Both the position numbers and the translations under genes were made by a program. Below, piece after piece: positions 9,107 to 18,363 of a stretch of 64,000 bases of DNA. The DNA is from Candidatus Collierbacteria bacterium UBA2277 (GTDB lineage Bacteria > Patescibacteriota > Microgenomatia > UBA1400 > MFAQ01): positions 33,553-97,552 of the forward strand of contig DDWV01000001.1 of NCBI GenBank assembly GCA_002347045.1. Direction: 5' to 3'. The notes beneath the pieces were generated by a model. It worked only from the letters and a program-made list of their open reading frames with translations, was not told where the DNA came from and did not search any database. Position 1 is the stretch's first letter. Each line of letters begins with the position of its first letter.

Positions 9107-10318
9107 CTATTTTGCGCTTAGTTCTGGAGATTGATAGAGAATTTCTTTGGTGTTGGAGTTTATCTGTGTAATTAGAGGAGCAGAGCTTAAGCCTTTAGTG
9201 TAGAGTGATAATTGCCAGATGATTCCGTTTCCAGTTTTGATGTATTGTGCCTTTACTGGCGCTTGAGTACAAATAGTTCTGTTTGCACATAGATCATAGG
9301 TAAGATCCAGTGCTTCATCCAGCTCTAAACCTAGTTGATTTCCTAGTACACTGTCGTTGAGGGAAGGAATATTGTCATCGGGAGTAACGTAGATTTGTTT
9401 GTCCATAATTTCTGGTGTGCCTTTGCCTGTAATCGATACATAAAAGTATTTTTTGGTTTGAAGGCTTTCTCGGAAAAAGTACTTGGTAACTGCCGTTGAG
9501 ATGTCTGTGGCGTTGTCAATTTTTATTAAGATTAACTGGGCATTGGGTGATCTGTTTCCGGCGATTTTAAGTGCTGTAGAAGCAAGGCTTAAGGGTTGAA
9601 GTTGATTTATGGTACTTGAGATTGTTGGAGTAGCTGATGGAGTTGCTTCTGCACTGGAAGTGGCTTCTGGTGTGACTGTAGGGGTAGGAATTTCGTAAAC
9701 CGTGGGAGATACAGTTGGTGTGAGTGTGGTTTGTTGTTTTTCAAGTGTTTGAGTGATTTCAGTTAGCTGTGTTTTGAGCTTGGCAGTTTGTTGGGACATA
9801 AATGCCGCAGCAGCTAAACCGATGCCGGCAATAATTAGCAGAACAACAATGATAACTGGAGTAATTGACTTACTGGGTTTGGATGGAAGTGAGGCTGGAG
9901 TCTCGACGGGGGTTAGGGATGGAGCTGGTTCTTCTATCTGAGGCATTTCTTGTGGTTCTGGTTGAGTGGGTTCTAAGGTAGTTTGTTTATCGATGAGTGT
10001 TTCGTTGGCTGAGATAAGTGTTTCCGCCTCATGTGATAATGATTCTGACGTAGCCGATGGAGTAGTGGTTGGTTGTGCCATGGAAGGGATATCGTCTGGA
10101 GTTGGTTCAAATGTAGGTTCTATAGTTGGTTCAAGTTGGGTAGGATCTGTAATGTCTGGAGTGAGATCTGTGGTGGAATAGTCATCATCTTTTGTGATCA
10201 CGGTTTGAGGCACGGGTGCGTTCGATGGTTCCGGGGGGTTACTAGATGGTTGGGGTGGCATTGGAAAAGTTCCAAGATCATCATTGGGCATAGATTTAGT
10301 ATAGCAAATAAAATACAA
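9107..10318 (-). CDS. Pro/Thr-rich single-pass membrane protein, hypothetical
   Basis: 403-aa ORF; P/T/E low-complexity regions, one TM (PVIIVVLLIIAGIGLAAAAF), C-terminal globular part. Confidence 0.5.
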   Translation of the reverse strand: MYFICYTKSMPNDDLGTFPMPPQPSSNPPEPSNAPVPQTVITKDDDYSTTDLTPDITDPTQLEPTIEPTFEPTPDDIPSMAQPTTTPSATSESLSHEAETLISANETLIDKQTTLEPTQPEPQEMPQIEEPAPSLTPVETPASLPSKPSKSITPVIIVVLLIIAGIGLAAAAFMSQQTAKLKTQLTEITQTLEKQQTTLTPTVSPTVYEIPTPTVTPEATSSAEATPSATPTISSTINQLQPLSLASTALKIAGNRSPNAQLILIKIDNATDISTAVTKYFFRESLQTKKYFYVSITGKGTPEIMDKQIYVTPDDNIPSLNDSVLGNQLGLELDEALDLTYDLCANRTICTQAPVKAQYIKTGNGIIWQLSLYTKGLSSAPLITQINSNTKEILYQSPELSAK

Positions 10319-10321
10319 AAT

Positions 10322-10351
10322 GGTATAAAAATCCCCGCGTGTACCGCGGGG
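10322..10351 (-). terminator. Rho-independent terminator (minus strand) for methyltransferase gene
   Basis: CCCCGCG-TGTA-CGCGGGG hairpin; in minus orientation it is followed by AUUUUUAU. Confidence 0.5.
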
Positions 10352-10484
10352 AATTATTTCTTTTAATCTTCCCTTATGTTTATTTGATAAATAGAGATTT
10401 TTTACTTACATTTTTGAAACCTTACTTTTTAGGGAACTGAGTTGTTTACATGGTATTTTCTCAAATTTGTTTTGGAATTTCAAA

Positions 10485-11123
10485 TTATGGGGTGAAGATT
10501 AAATAGTTGTGTTTAGTTTTTTTGAGCTCTAATTTATTTTTGTATGGGTTTATCAGTCTTTTGAGGTACGGCTTGGTAAAAGCAAAACAAAAGCGAGGTT
10601 TTCCCTGAAAAGGGATATATACATGATGTATGTTTTGAATTTTTGTTTTTAGGTCAAGGTGGAACTTGCGATACTTTGGTTGCCATAGGTTCCAAACTGT
10701 AATTAGTACTTTTCCTTTTGGTTTAAGATGTTTTTCTATTTGATTGAGGACAAAGGTTTGATCTTTTTTAGTGGGTAGGTGGTGAAAAACTCCGATGGAG
10801 TAGACATAGTCGTACTGCGATAGGCCTTTCCATGCTGCGACTTTGGTTATGTCAGCTTTAATGAATCTATGTTCGGGATGTGCTTCCTTAGCCTTTTTTA
10901 GCAGTTCTTCGCTGATATCAAGCCCAGTGTAGTTTATATTTTCAGTAAGTCCCATGAGGAGTCTGCCATTTCCGCATCCTATATCGAGAATCGAAGATCC
11001 AGGCTCAATTTGTTCGAGAAATGGCTTGAGATCTGGCCAGATGTACTGTCTAGTGGCAGAAAATTCTTTACCAATTTCATTATAAATATTTTTTACTGAC
11101 TCAATTATATTTTCTTGGTCCAT
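10485..11123 (-). CDS. Class I SAM-dependent methyltransferase
   Basis: Motif I ILDIGCGNGRLL; 212 aa. Confidence 0.7.
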   Translation of the reverse strand: MDQENIIESVKNIYNEIGKEFSATRQYIWPDLKPFLEQIEPGSSILDIGCGNGRLLMGLTENINYTGLDISEELLKKAKEAHPEHRFIKADITKVAAWKGLSQYDYVYSIGVFHHLPTKKDQTFVLNQIEKHLKPKGKVLITVWNLWQPKYRKFHLDLKTKIQNIHHVYIPFQGKPRFCFAFTKPYLKRLINPYKNKLELKKTKHNYLIFTP

Positions 11124-11188
11124 CAGTGGTATTTTATCAGCGTTGGAGTAAAATACGAAGAAAGTTCTTTAAAAAATAGATTGGAGGA

Positions 11189-11977
11189 GTGATGTCAGGT
11201 GAGTTTGATATGTACAAGCTTGATGGGAAAACCGTGTTGATTACAGGGGCTTCATCTGGTATTGGAAGAGCGACGGCTAAATTGTTTGCTGAACATGGTT
11301 GTCGGGTTTTTCTAGTCGACATAGATTTTCAAGGAATGATTGACACTGTAAGAGAAATGAAACTATCAGAGAGCCATGAAACTTTTTTGGTTGATCTGAG
11401 CAAAAAAGAAGAGATCGATCGTTTCTGGAGCAGTTTAGAAAGGTTTCCTGATGTTTTGGTAAACAATGCAGGGAGTTATCCCTCGATAGATTTTTTGAAA
11501 ATGACTGAAGTTGAGTATAAGAAAACGATTGATGTGAACTTGAACTCGATGGTTTGGATGTGTCATGAGTTTATTAAGAGACGCGGAAAAGCGGGTGGAG
11601 TGATCGTCAACATTGGGTCAATTGAGGCAATTTTACCTTTTAAGAAACACCTCGTTTCTTATAGTTTGAGCAAAGCTGCGGTGATTGCATTAACTCGTTC
11701 ACTGGCTAGAGATTATGGCAGAAAAGGATTTAGAGCTAATGTCGTATTGCCGGGAGCGATTAAGACTCCAGGAACAATGTCACAAGTTAAGAATGGTTTA
11801 CTTAGTTTCCGAGTAGATTTGATGAGAGTTGCTGATGTTTTTCAGTCTCGTCTGGCAATGGGTAGATGGGGGAACCCTCAAGAAGTTGCAAAAGTAATCT
11901 TGTTTCTAGCCAGTGATATGGCGAGTTATGTCCAGGGAGCAATGATTCCTGTTGATGGTGGATTTTTATCTTCGTAG
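11189..11977 (+). CDS. SDR-family oxidoreductase (short-chain dehydrogenase/reductase)
   Basis: TGASSGIGRATA Rossmann motif; catalytic YSLSK (YxxxK); 262 aa. Confidence 0.8.
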   Translation: MMSGEFDMYKLDGKTVLITGASSGIGRATAKLFAEHGCRVFLVDIDFQGMIDTVREMKLSESHETFLVDLSKKEEIDRFWSSLERFPDVLVNNAGSYPSIDFLKMTEVEYKKTIDVNLNSMVWMCHEFIKRRGKAGGVIVNIGSIEAILPFKKHLVSYSLSKAAVIALTRSLARDYGRKGFRANVVLPGAIKTPGTMSQVKNGLLSFRVDLMRVADVFQSRLAMGRWGNPQEVAKVILFLASDMASYVQGAMIPVDGGFLSS

Positions 11978-11984
11978 GTGTTTT

Positions 11985-12013
11985 GGCGGCTTTTATTTAA
12001 GCCGCCTTTTTTT
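11985..12013 (+). terminator. Rho-independent terminator after SDR gene
   Basis: GGCGGCTT-TTATTTA-AAGCCGCC followed by TTTTTTT. Confidence 0.6.
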
Positions 12014-12020
12014 GTGTCAA

Positions 12021-12049
12021 AAAAAGCCCCCGCCAAATGGCGAGGGAAA
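12021..12049 (-). terminator. Rho-independent terminator (minus strand) after small membrane ORF
   Basis: Minus orientation reads CCCTCGCC-ATTT-GGCGGGGG followed by TTTTTTT. Confidence 0.55.
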
Positions 12050-12091
12050 GAACGAAGATATTATTTCAAATCAAGAAGATACGAACCTTAT

Positions 12092-12343
12092 TTAGGATTT
12101 AGGTGGTTTGTTGACGATTCCCATCCAAATCAAGGCGATTATCGCTCCAATGTCAAGAATAACCAGAGGAGCAAGTGTTTCCACTGAGACATTAACCCCC
12201 ATGGCACCTAAAATGATGCCGACGAATAGGCCAAAGACGACAGCCACACCCATCGGAATCAGGCCCAGGGCCCATCTCTTACCAGTCTTTTTCAAATTGT
12301 TACATACCCAAAAGGTGAGGATCACTTGAAGAATAAGAATCAT
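12092..12343 (-). CDS. Small 2-TM membrane protein, hypothetical
   Basis: 83-aa ORF, two hydrophobic helices; has its own terminator. Confidence 0.4.
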   Translation of the reverse strand: MILILQVILTFWVCNNLKKTGKRWALGLIPMGVAVVFGLFVGIILGAMGVNVSVETLAPLVILDIGAIIALIWMGIVNKPPKS

Positions 12344-12468
12344 TTTGGTAATAATCTCCTTTGTTATTGGAATGTGCTTGAGTCCCCTTACTCAGCTAAG
12401 TTGGGATTATATTGCTTACCCATAGTAGTGTCAATGGTGATAGTTTTAAGATAGAGTAAAATTAGAGG

Positions 12469-13998
12469 GTGAAAATTGATGAATTGGTGTGTAGAGACAA
12501 TGAAAAATTGACACTTGAGAATATCGAGGATTATCGTCGTTCTTGGGCAAAAGAGATTGGACATATGCCAAGAAACTCGGAGATTTGGCAACACCTGGTC
12601 GACTCTGAGCTTATAGAGGCTATGAAGACTAGAGGGGTTCGTACCGAGTCTGGGGTGGCGCCTTTTGCTGTAATGATGAAGCCATTTTCTTGTCCTGGAA
12701 AATGTATATACTGTCCGTCGGAGGAAGGAATGCCTAAGTCTTATTTATCAGATGAACCGGCTGCCCAGAGAGCCAAGCTTTTGAACTTTGACGCTGGAAA
12801 ACAAGTGGAAAGTAGAGTACGTCAGATGGATGAGACAGGACATATGACGAATAAAGTTGATTTGATAGTAATTGGGGGAACTTTTGGTAGCTATCGAAAT
12901 GATTACAAAAGAGAGTTTTTTAAGGATATGTTTGACGCTGTCAATGGAGTGAAAAGTAATTCCCTGGAAGAGGCACAGAAATACAATGAAACTGCTGGCA
13001 GAAGAGTTGTGGGAATCTCAGTGGAAACTAGGCCAGACTGGGTAAATGAAAAAGAGATTAAACTTTGGCGAGAGCTAGGGGTGACCAAGGTCCAGCTTGG
13101 CGTTCAAGCCTTTGATGAAAAGATTTTGAAAAGTATTAAGCGTGGTCATGATTTAGATAGTGTTGCTAAGGCCACTCGCCTTTGTCGGAATGCTGGTTTG
13201 AAGATTTGCTATCACTTTATGCCAAACTTGCCAGGTAGTTCTCCAGAAAACGATATTAGGATGGCCGAAATTATGTTTGTTGATCCTCGTTTTGGTCCTG
13301 ACTATCTGAAAGTGTATCCTGCCATGACTATTCCAGGGACGCAGATGCACGAGATGTGGAATATGGGTGAGTACGAGCCTTACAGTGAGGAGAAGCTAAT
13401 TTATGTACTTAAGGAGATTAAGAGATTAACTCCTCCTTGGTGTAGGATAGATAGGCTGATTCGGGATATAAGTAAAAAATGGGTTGTGGCAGGTACGGCT
13501 CGAACAAATTTGAGACAGGTATTACAGAAAGAGCTTAAAGATGAAGGCAAGAGGTGTTTATGTATTCGTTGTCGTGAGGTAAGGGCAGGGGTATACGACG
13601 CATCTTTAGATTTATTGATGGATGAGCGCGATAGTTTGGGAGGCAAAGAGCTATTTTTGTCGTATGAGAGTCGTTCCGGTGAGACAGAGGGAAAGTTATT
13701 TTCTATGTTGCGTTTGAGATTGCCTCTAAAAACAGAAAAAATGTTGTTTGAGGAGCTTGAGGGGGCGGCGATGATTCGGGAGGTGCACACCTATGGTCAG
13801 GTTCAGCAGTTTAGGGAAAGTGGGGGAGATCTGACTCAACACAGAGGACTGGGGAAGAAACTGATGGCAAAGGCTGAAAGCATTGCTCGTGAGAGAGGTT
13901 TTAAGAGAATGGCTGTGATCTCCGCAATAGGTACGAGAGAGTATTATCGGAGTCTTGGATATGAACTTAAGGGGACGTACATGGTTAAAGAAATTTAA
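12469..13998 (+). CDS. Elp3-like radical SAM / GNAT acetyltransferase (tRNA wobble-uridine modification family)
   Basis: Resembles Elp3 core: ...PFAVMMKPFSCPGKCIYCPSEEG (Cys cluster), NKVDLIVIGGTFGSY, C-terminal GNAT region (GLGKKLMAKAESIARERGF); 509 aa. Confidence 0.65.
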   Translation: MKIDELVCRDNEKLTLENIEDYRRSWAKEIGHMPRNSEIWQHLVDSELIEAMKTRGVRTESGVAPFAVMMKPFSCPGKCIYCPSEEGMPKSYLSDEPAAQRAKLLNFDAGKQVESRVRQMDETGHMTNKVDLIVIGGTFGSYRNDYKREFFKDMFDAVNGVKSNSLEEAQKYNETAGRRVVGISVETRPDWVNEKEIKLWRELGVTKVQLGVQAFDEKILKSIKRGHDLDSVAKATRLCRNAGLKICYHFMPNLPGSSPENDIRMAEIMFVDPRFGPDYLKVYPAMTIPGTQMHEMWNMGEYEPYSEEKLIYVLKEIKRLTPPWCRIDRLIRDISKKWVVAGTARTNLRQVLQKELKDEGKRCLCIRCREVRAGVYDASLDLLMDERDSLGGKELFLSYESRSGETEGKLFSMLRLRLPLKTEKMLFEELEGAAMIREVHTYGQVQQFRESGGDLTQHRGLGKKLMAKAESIARERGFKRMAVISAIGTREYYRSLGYELKGTYMVKEI

Positions 13999-14047
13999 CT
14001 CATTAAGATGTTCTCCTTTTGAATAATAATTTTGGTACAATAATTTT

Positions 14048-14689
14048 ATGAAGAAATTTGCTTTAGGTGTATCGTCACTTGCTATTTTAGGCTCGTTGGT
14101 CTTGCCAAAAGTAGCCATGGCTAATGAGGGTGTAGCAATGCTAAAAGGTGCTGGAAATAGCGGAGCCTGCTACGCAGCCTCTGTTTTTGTGGATGGTACT
14201 TATCGAGTTTTGGCCACTTGTCGAGATTTGAAGATGGCCCTTTCTCCAGAACAAAATCGTTATGTGGTTTGGGTTACTCAAGAAGACGGAAAGTTTAGAC
14301 GACTAGGTGAAATAGTAAATGGAAAAATGTCCATGGCCACAGACGCGAAGTTTACTAGTTTGTTTGTGACGGCAGAGGCAGATGGTTATGGAAACAAACC
14401 ATCGGAGAGTGTTCTTCTTTCGGGGGCAGTTCAGCCAATTAATTTTGGTTCCGGCATTTCTGGGGTAGAAGTGGCTCCTTCACCAACTCCTACTATTGCA
14501 AAAGAAGCTAAGACTGCGAAAGTTACCCCAACAGAAACTGTGACTGCTGATGAGATAGTGGATGATGACTCAAGCCAAGGTGTGAGTGGAGCATTGTCGA
14601 CGGTTTTGAAAATTGCTTTGTTTGGATTTGGAGCTTTGCTTTTAGTAGTTGGTGTATTTAGCTTTATTTCAAGGAAGAGATCTCTGTAA
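14048..14689 (+). CDS. Secreted protein with signal peptide and C-terminal TM anchor, hypothetical
   Basis: 213 aa; N-terminal signal-like segment; C-terminal LKIALFGFGALLLVVGVFSFISRKRSL. Confidence 0.5.
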   Translation: MKKFALGVSSLAILGSLVLPKVAMANEGVAMLKGAGNSGACYAASVFVDGTYRVLATCRDLKMALSPEQNRYVVWVTQEDGKFRRLGEIVNGKMSMATDAKFTSLFVTAEADGYGNKPSESVLLSGAVQPINFGSGISGVEVAPSPTPTIAKEAKTAKVTPTETVTADEIVDDDSSQGVSGALSTVLKIALFGFGALLLVVGVFSFISRKRSL

Positions 14690-14841
14690 GTTAATCTATT
14701 GTTTTACTTCTTGGTGTAGTGTTTTTAGCATTTGTTTGGAGTTGAAGTTGTCATGGAAGATATGGCAATTGAGTTTTTATATTAGCACCCAGGTCAGTAA
14801 GATTTATATTAGAGATAGAGTTTTCTTGAGCTCTATTCTGG

Positions 14842-15468
14842 TTAGTGTAGAAGAATGCGAGCTATGAAGCTAATTATTGGATTCATGATGGCAGAGATTG
14901 GGGAAGAGCCTGAGATGGGGAGAATTAGGAGAAGTAGGATTAAGGTCCCGTATCTATTCATGATTACTTGGTACTCATAGGCTAGGTCTCGAGGAAGTAG
15001 TCCAAAAAGAATTTTTTGTCCGTCGAGAGGGCCTACCGGGATGAGGTTGAACACTGCTAGGGCTACGTTGGTAAGTATAAAAGGAACTAAAAATACTGAG
15101 ATTGTGTAAGGCAGGAAACGAATTGCAATAGAGACTATTACGGCAAGTAGGATATTACTGAGAGGGCCCGCAAGAGAGATAATGCCTGTGTCACGTCTGG
15201 GTTTTTGAAGGTTGTATGGGTCAAAAGGAGTGGGTTTGCCCCAACCAAATGCAAAAGTTCCACCACTGAGTAGGATTAATGTCAAAGGGAGTACTACTGT
15301 ACCTATAGGGTCAATGTGGGCTAGAGGATTGAGCGTAAGTCGGCCCGCTACTCTTGCTGTGGGGTCTCCAAGGCGGTCAGCTGCAAAGGCATGAGCAAAC
15401 TCATGAATGGCAACAGCCAGTACCAAATATGTGACTCCAAGAAGGAGGCTGATAAGTGTATATATCAT
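14842..15468 (-). CDS. Peptidase M50 (site-2 protease) family membrane metalloprotease
   Basis: HEFAHAFAAD (HExxH) within a TM helix; multi-TM; 208 aa. Confidence 0.65.
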   Translation of the reverse strand: MIYTLISLLLGVTYLVLAVAIHEFAHAFAADRLGDPTARVAGRLTLNPLAHIDPIGTVVLPLTLILLSGGTFAFGWGKPTPFDPYNLQKPRRDTGIISLAGPLSNILLAVIVSIAIRFLPYTISVFLVPFILTNVALAVFNLIPVGPLDGQKILFGLLPRDLAYEYQVIMNRYGTLILLLLILPISGSSPISAIMNPIISFIARILLH

Positions 15469-15533
15469 GTATTTTCTATTTTATTATACTTTGCAGTACC
15501 CTGAAAAGGCGTTTCTGTGTTAAAATTTGCTTC

Positions 15534-15773
15534 ATGAAACAAAAAGTAAAAGGTCGCCTTGAGTGCGCTACTTGCGGTAAAGGTGTTCAGCACTCAAATA
15601 TGGTTAGTTTTTCAAAGCAAAGAACTAAAGTTGTACGAAAGCCAAATTTGCACGTTCATCATTTGATGGTTGAAGGTTCAAAAGTAAAAATTAAGGTTTG
15701 TACTACCTGTAAGAGGTCGTTGAGGCAGGCTCAAAGAGCCGAACAGGTTGCTTTGTCAAAAGTTAATGCCTAA
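15534..15773 (+). CDS. rpmB: 50S ribosomal protein L28
   Basis: ORF 15456..15773 with internal ATG at 15534; MKQKVKGRLECATCGK...RKPNLHVHHLMVEGSKVKIKVCTTCKR matches L28 (Cys4 variant). Confidence 0.7.
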   Translation: MKQKVKGRLECATCGKGVQHSNMVSFSKQRTKVVRKPNLHVHHLMVEGSKVKIKVCTTCKRSLRQAQRAEQVALSKVNA

Positions 15774-16470
15774 TTTCTCTCCAGATTTCTTGAGATATAG
15801 TCCCATGGAGCCAAAGTTTGGTTCGATGATTGATATTTATGGAGGTACGAGTATACCTGAGGAAGAAGTTCTGGATCGTAATGCTTTTAGTGTATCGAAA
15901 GAAACTTCTTTGGGCAACCTAAGCATTAAGTTTGTGGAGGGTGGAATAAATATTTTGAATTTAGATTTAGGGATTGGCTTGATATATGGTGAAAACGGGC
16001 AGTTGAAGCTTGCGGGCATAAATTTATCAAAGTTTTGTGAAAACATTAATCCGGATATGTCTGGAGATATTGGAGGTGAGTACATCGCAGACATATTTAG
16101 CTTGATGAATGGAATGGGAGACAATTATCATGCATTGTTTGACTTGGAAAATAGGATATTTGCTGTGTTAAATATGAATAACGTTACTGGCAAACAGGAG
16201 TTAGTTTCCAGTATGGAGAACGCTAACTTTTCTTTAGACACTTTAATACAGCTGAAGTATGGAAGATCATCTTTGTTTATTAGATATCAGGTAATTGAAG
16301 ACGAACTTGCGATAGGTATCAGCGGAGGAAATTTTGAGGCTAAGCCTGATACAAATATGAAGGCTTCAGGCCTAAGAGTTTTGACAGATTGTAACTATCA
16401 AACATTTTTAGATAGTAGTTCTGAAGATAAATACGACAATCTTGCAAGGAGAGTTTTTCTTTTGAGTTAG
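15748..16470 (+). CDS. Hypothetical protein
   Basis: 240-aa ORF; 5' end overlaps rpmB so the true start is probably internal (e.g. ATG at ~15805). No recognisable motifs. Confidence 0.4.
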   Translation: MLCQKLMPNFSPDFLRYSPMEPKFGSMIDIYGGTSIPEEEVLDRNAFSVSKETSLGNLSIKFVEGGINILNLDLGIGLIYGENGQLKLAGINLSKFCENINPDMSGDIGGEYIADIFSLMNGMGDNYHALFDLENRIFAVLNMNNVTGKQELVSSMENANFSLDTLIQLKYGRSSLFIRYQVIEDELAIGISGGNFEAKPDTNMKASGLRVLTDCNYQTFLDSSSEDKYDNLARRVFLLS

Positions 16471-17342
16471 ATTTTGTGTCCTTGAATAAACTGTTTCCAT
16501 GAAATAGGGGATTTGCCAGGAAGTTGTACTGTGTCTATTATGAGTGAGTTTCCTGTGATGGTGGTTTTGATTATTTTTATATCAGTATCGTTAATTGTTG
16601 TCCATGCACCGGGGTCAGGATTTAGTGAACGGATGAGGGCATGAACGGTGAGGGAGTCGATTCCTTTTTGTCCATCTGATATTTTTTTGAAAGGAATATA
16701 GGCGGTTTGGTGACTAATAGTTTTGTGACTTGGTGTGAAAACAGACAGAGTTTCGTCTTGGTCCTTTTTTAAGTAGTTTTGAGCACAAATTTCGGGTATT
16801 TTATCGTCCAATAACATAATTGCTGCTTGAGTAAGTTTTGTGGTCAATGTGGATACATTGTCGTTGATATCTATGTTTACTTTTGACTGAGAAATTACAG
16901 GCCCGTGGTCTAATAGCTCGTCCATTTCCATTAGGGTAACACCTGTTTTTTTGTCTTGGTTTTTGATGGCTTCACTGATACATAATGCACCACGATATTT
17001 TGGAAGTAGTGAAAAGTGAATGTTAAAAGTGCCGATCTTTGGGGTGTCTATCCATTTTTTGGGAATTATTTTGCCGAAGGAGACAACAAGGAATATATCG
17101 GGATTGAGAATCTTTAGGTGGGCTAGGTTAGCGTCGTCAAGTTTGGTTGGTTTGTAAACAGGAAGGTCATATGCGCACGCTAGGGTGGCTACTGGGGATG
17201 GTGTAAGAGTTAGCCTGCGACCTGTTGGCTTGTCTGGAGTGGTAATCACAGCAACCACATTGATGGAGTCATTTTTTATGAGTGATTCTAGGATTGTGGC
17301 TGAGAACTGAGGCGAGCCGAAAAATATTAAGTTTGATTTCAT
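16467..17342 (-). CDS. fmt: Methionyl-tRNA formyltransferase
   Basis: N-terminal MKSNLIFFGSPQFS, formyltransferase core TPDKPTGRR...NIHFSLLPKYRGA; 291 aa; downstream of def. Confidence 0.8.
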   Translation of the reverse strand: MKSNLIFFGSPQFSATILESLIKNDSINVVAVITTPDKPTGRRLTLTPSPVATLACAYDLPVYKPTKLDDANLAHLKILNPDIFLVVSFGKIIPKKWIDTPKIGTFNIHFSLLPKYRGALCISEAIKNQDKKTGVTLMEMDELLDHGPVISQSKVNIDINDNVSTLTTKLTQAAIMLLDDKIPEICAQNYLKKDQDETLSVFTPSHKTISHQTAYIPFKKISDGQKGIDSLTVHALIRSLNPDPGAWTTINDTDIKIIKTTITGNSLIIDTVQLPGKSPISWKQFIQGHKI

Positions 17343-17643
17343 GAATGTATTTTAGCATTGAGAAGAATACTAGTGCTTTGGGGTAAATATATCCTATATA
17401 CTTGACAATAAGAGTTTCTTTAGGTATAGTACCATCATTGAGAGCTTGTTCTTTTAGTTATAGTTAATGAGGAGAAAAATGAAAAATAAGGAAGTTGTGA
17501 GTTGTAATATTAGAAGGCTTTCAGGATTGGAGGCATTTGCTTCAAGAATAAATGCCTTTAAATGGATGATTATCCACCCATTTAAGTGGTGGATAAATAT
17601 CCACAAGAAGTAGTTATTTATGCCTCGGGAAACCGAGGCTTTT

Positions 17644-18183
17644 TTACATCTTGAGAGGTGAGAGGCCTTGAGGAGTTTCTTGCAAGATGATGCCTTTTTG
17701 TTCGAGAATCCGGTCTGTGAATAGTATGCCATCTAGATGGTCATTTTCGTGTTGTATATATGAAGCATCTACGTCTTCAAATTTGCGATGACGTTTTTCA
17801 AGTTTTCCATTTATCGGAGTTAGATAATCGACTTCTATTGAGTAGTGTCTATCGACAAAACCCCAGAGTTTAGGTACGGAGAGGCATCCTTCAAGCCATC
17901 TCTTTTTCTCTTTGACGTGTACATCCGAAAGCATGGCTTCAGAAAAATTACTTAGTTTTGGATTTATAAATATTTCTGGAGTGCCGTTGAAACTGATTAT
18001 AAATAGACGACGGTTGATGTCGACTTGTGTGGCTGCTAAACCTACGCCCTCAGGATCTTTAGCAGATTTAAGGGATTTGATCATTTCGGCGATTTGCTCT
18101 GTAAGTTTCTTGTCTAGAGACTCTACAGATTTTGCGACTCGACGAAGTTTTGGGTCTGGTGTAGTTAGTATTTTTAAACTCAT
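17644..18183 (-). CDS. def: Peptide deformylase
   Basis: GVGLAATQV, EGCLS, HENDHLDG motifs; 179 aa. Confidence 0.8.
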   Translation of the reverse strand: MSLKILTTPDPKLRRVAKSVESLDKKLTEQIAEMIKSLKSAKDPEGVGLAATQVDINRRLFIISFNGTPEIFINPKLSNFSEAMLSDVHVKEKKRWLEGCLSVPKLWGFVDRHYSIEVDYLTPINGKLEKRHRKFEDVDASYIQHENDHLDGILFTDRILEQKGIILQETPQGLSPLKM

Positions 18184-18199
18184 TAGCTATATTTTAACA

Positions 18200-18228
18200 T
18201 TGACCTGTAATATATGCAGGGATAGAAT
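18200..18228 (+). promoter_or_regulatory. Sigma70-like promoter (TTGACC-N17-TAGAAT) with no ORF downstream
   Basis: TTGACC at 18200-18205, 17-nt spacer, TAGAAT at 18223-18228. Confidence 0.4.
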
Positions 18229-18333
18229 TCTTTTTGTACTTAAAACTATCATTTATTGAAGGGAGATAGGGTTGTATAAGGTTAGGAGCAGTTCTTCTTT
18301 TGTTGAATGTGTTTTCAGTAGTGATTAGTTTTA

Positions 18334-18360
18334 CCCCTCCCGTTTGGGAGGGTGTTTTTT
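18334..18360 (+). terminator. Rho-independent terminator (plus strand)
   Basis: CCCCTCCC-GTTT-GGGAGGG followed by TGTTTTTT; the opposite orientation lacks a U-tract. Confidence 0.55.
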
Positions 18361-18363
18361 CGC

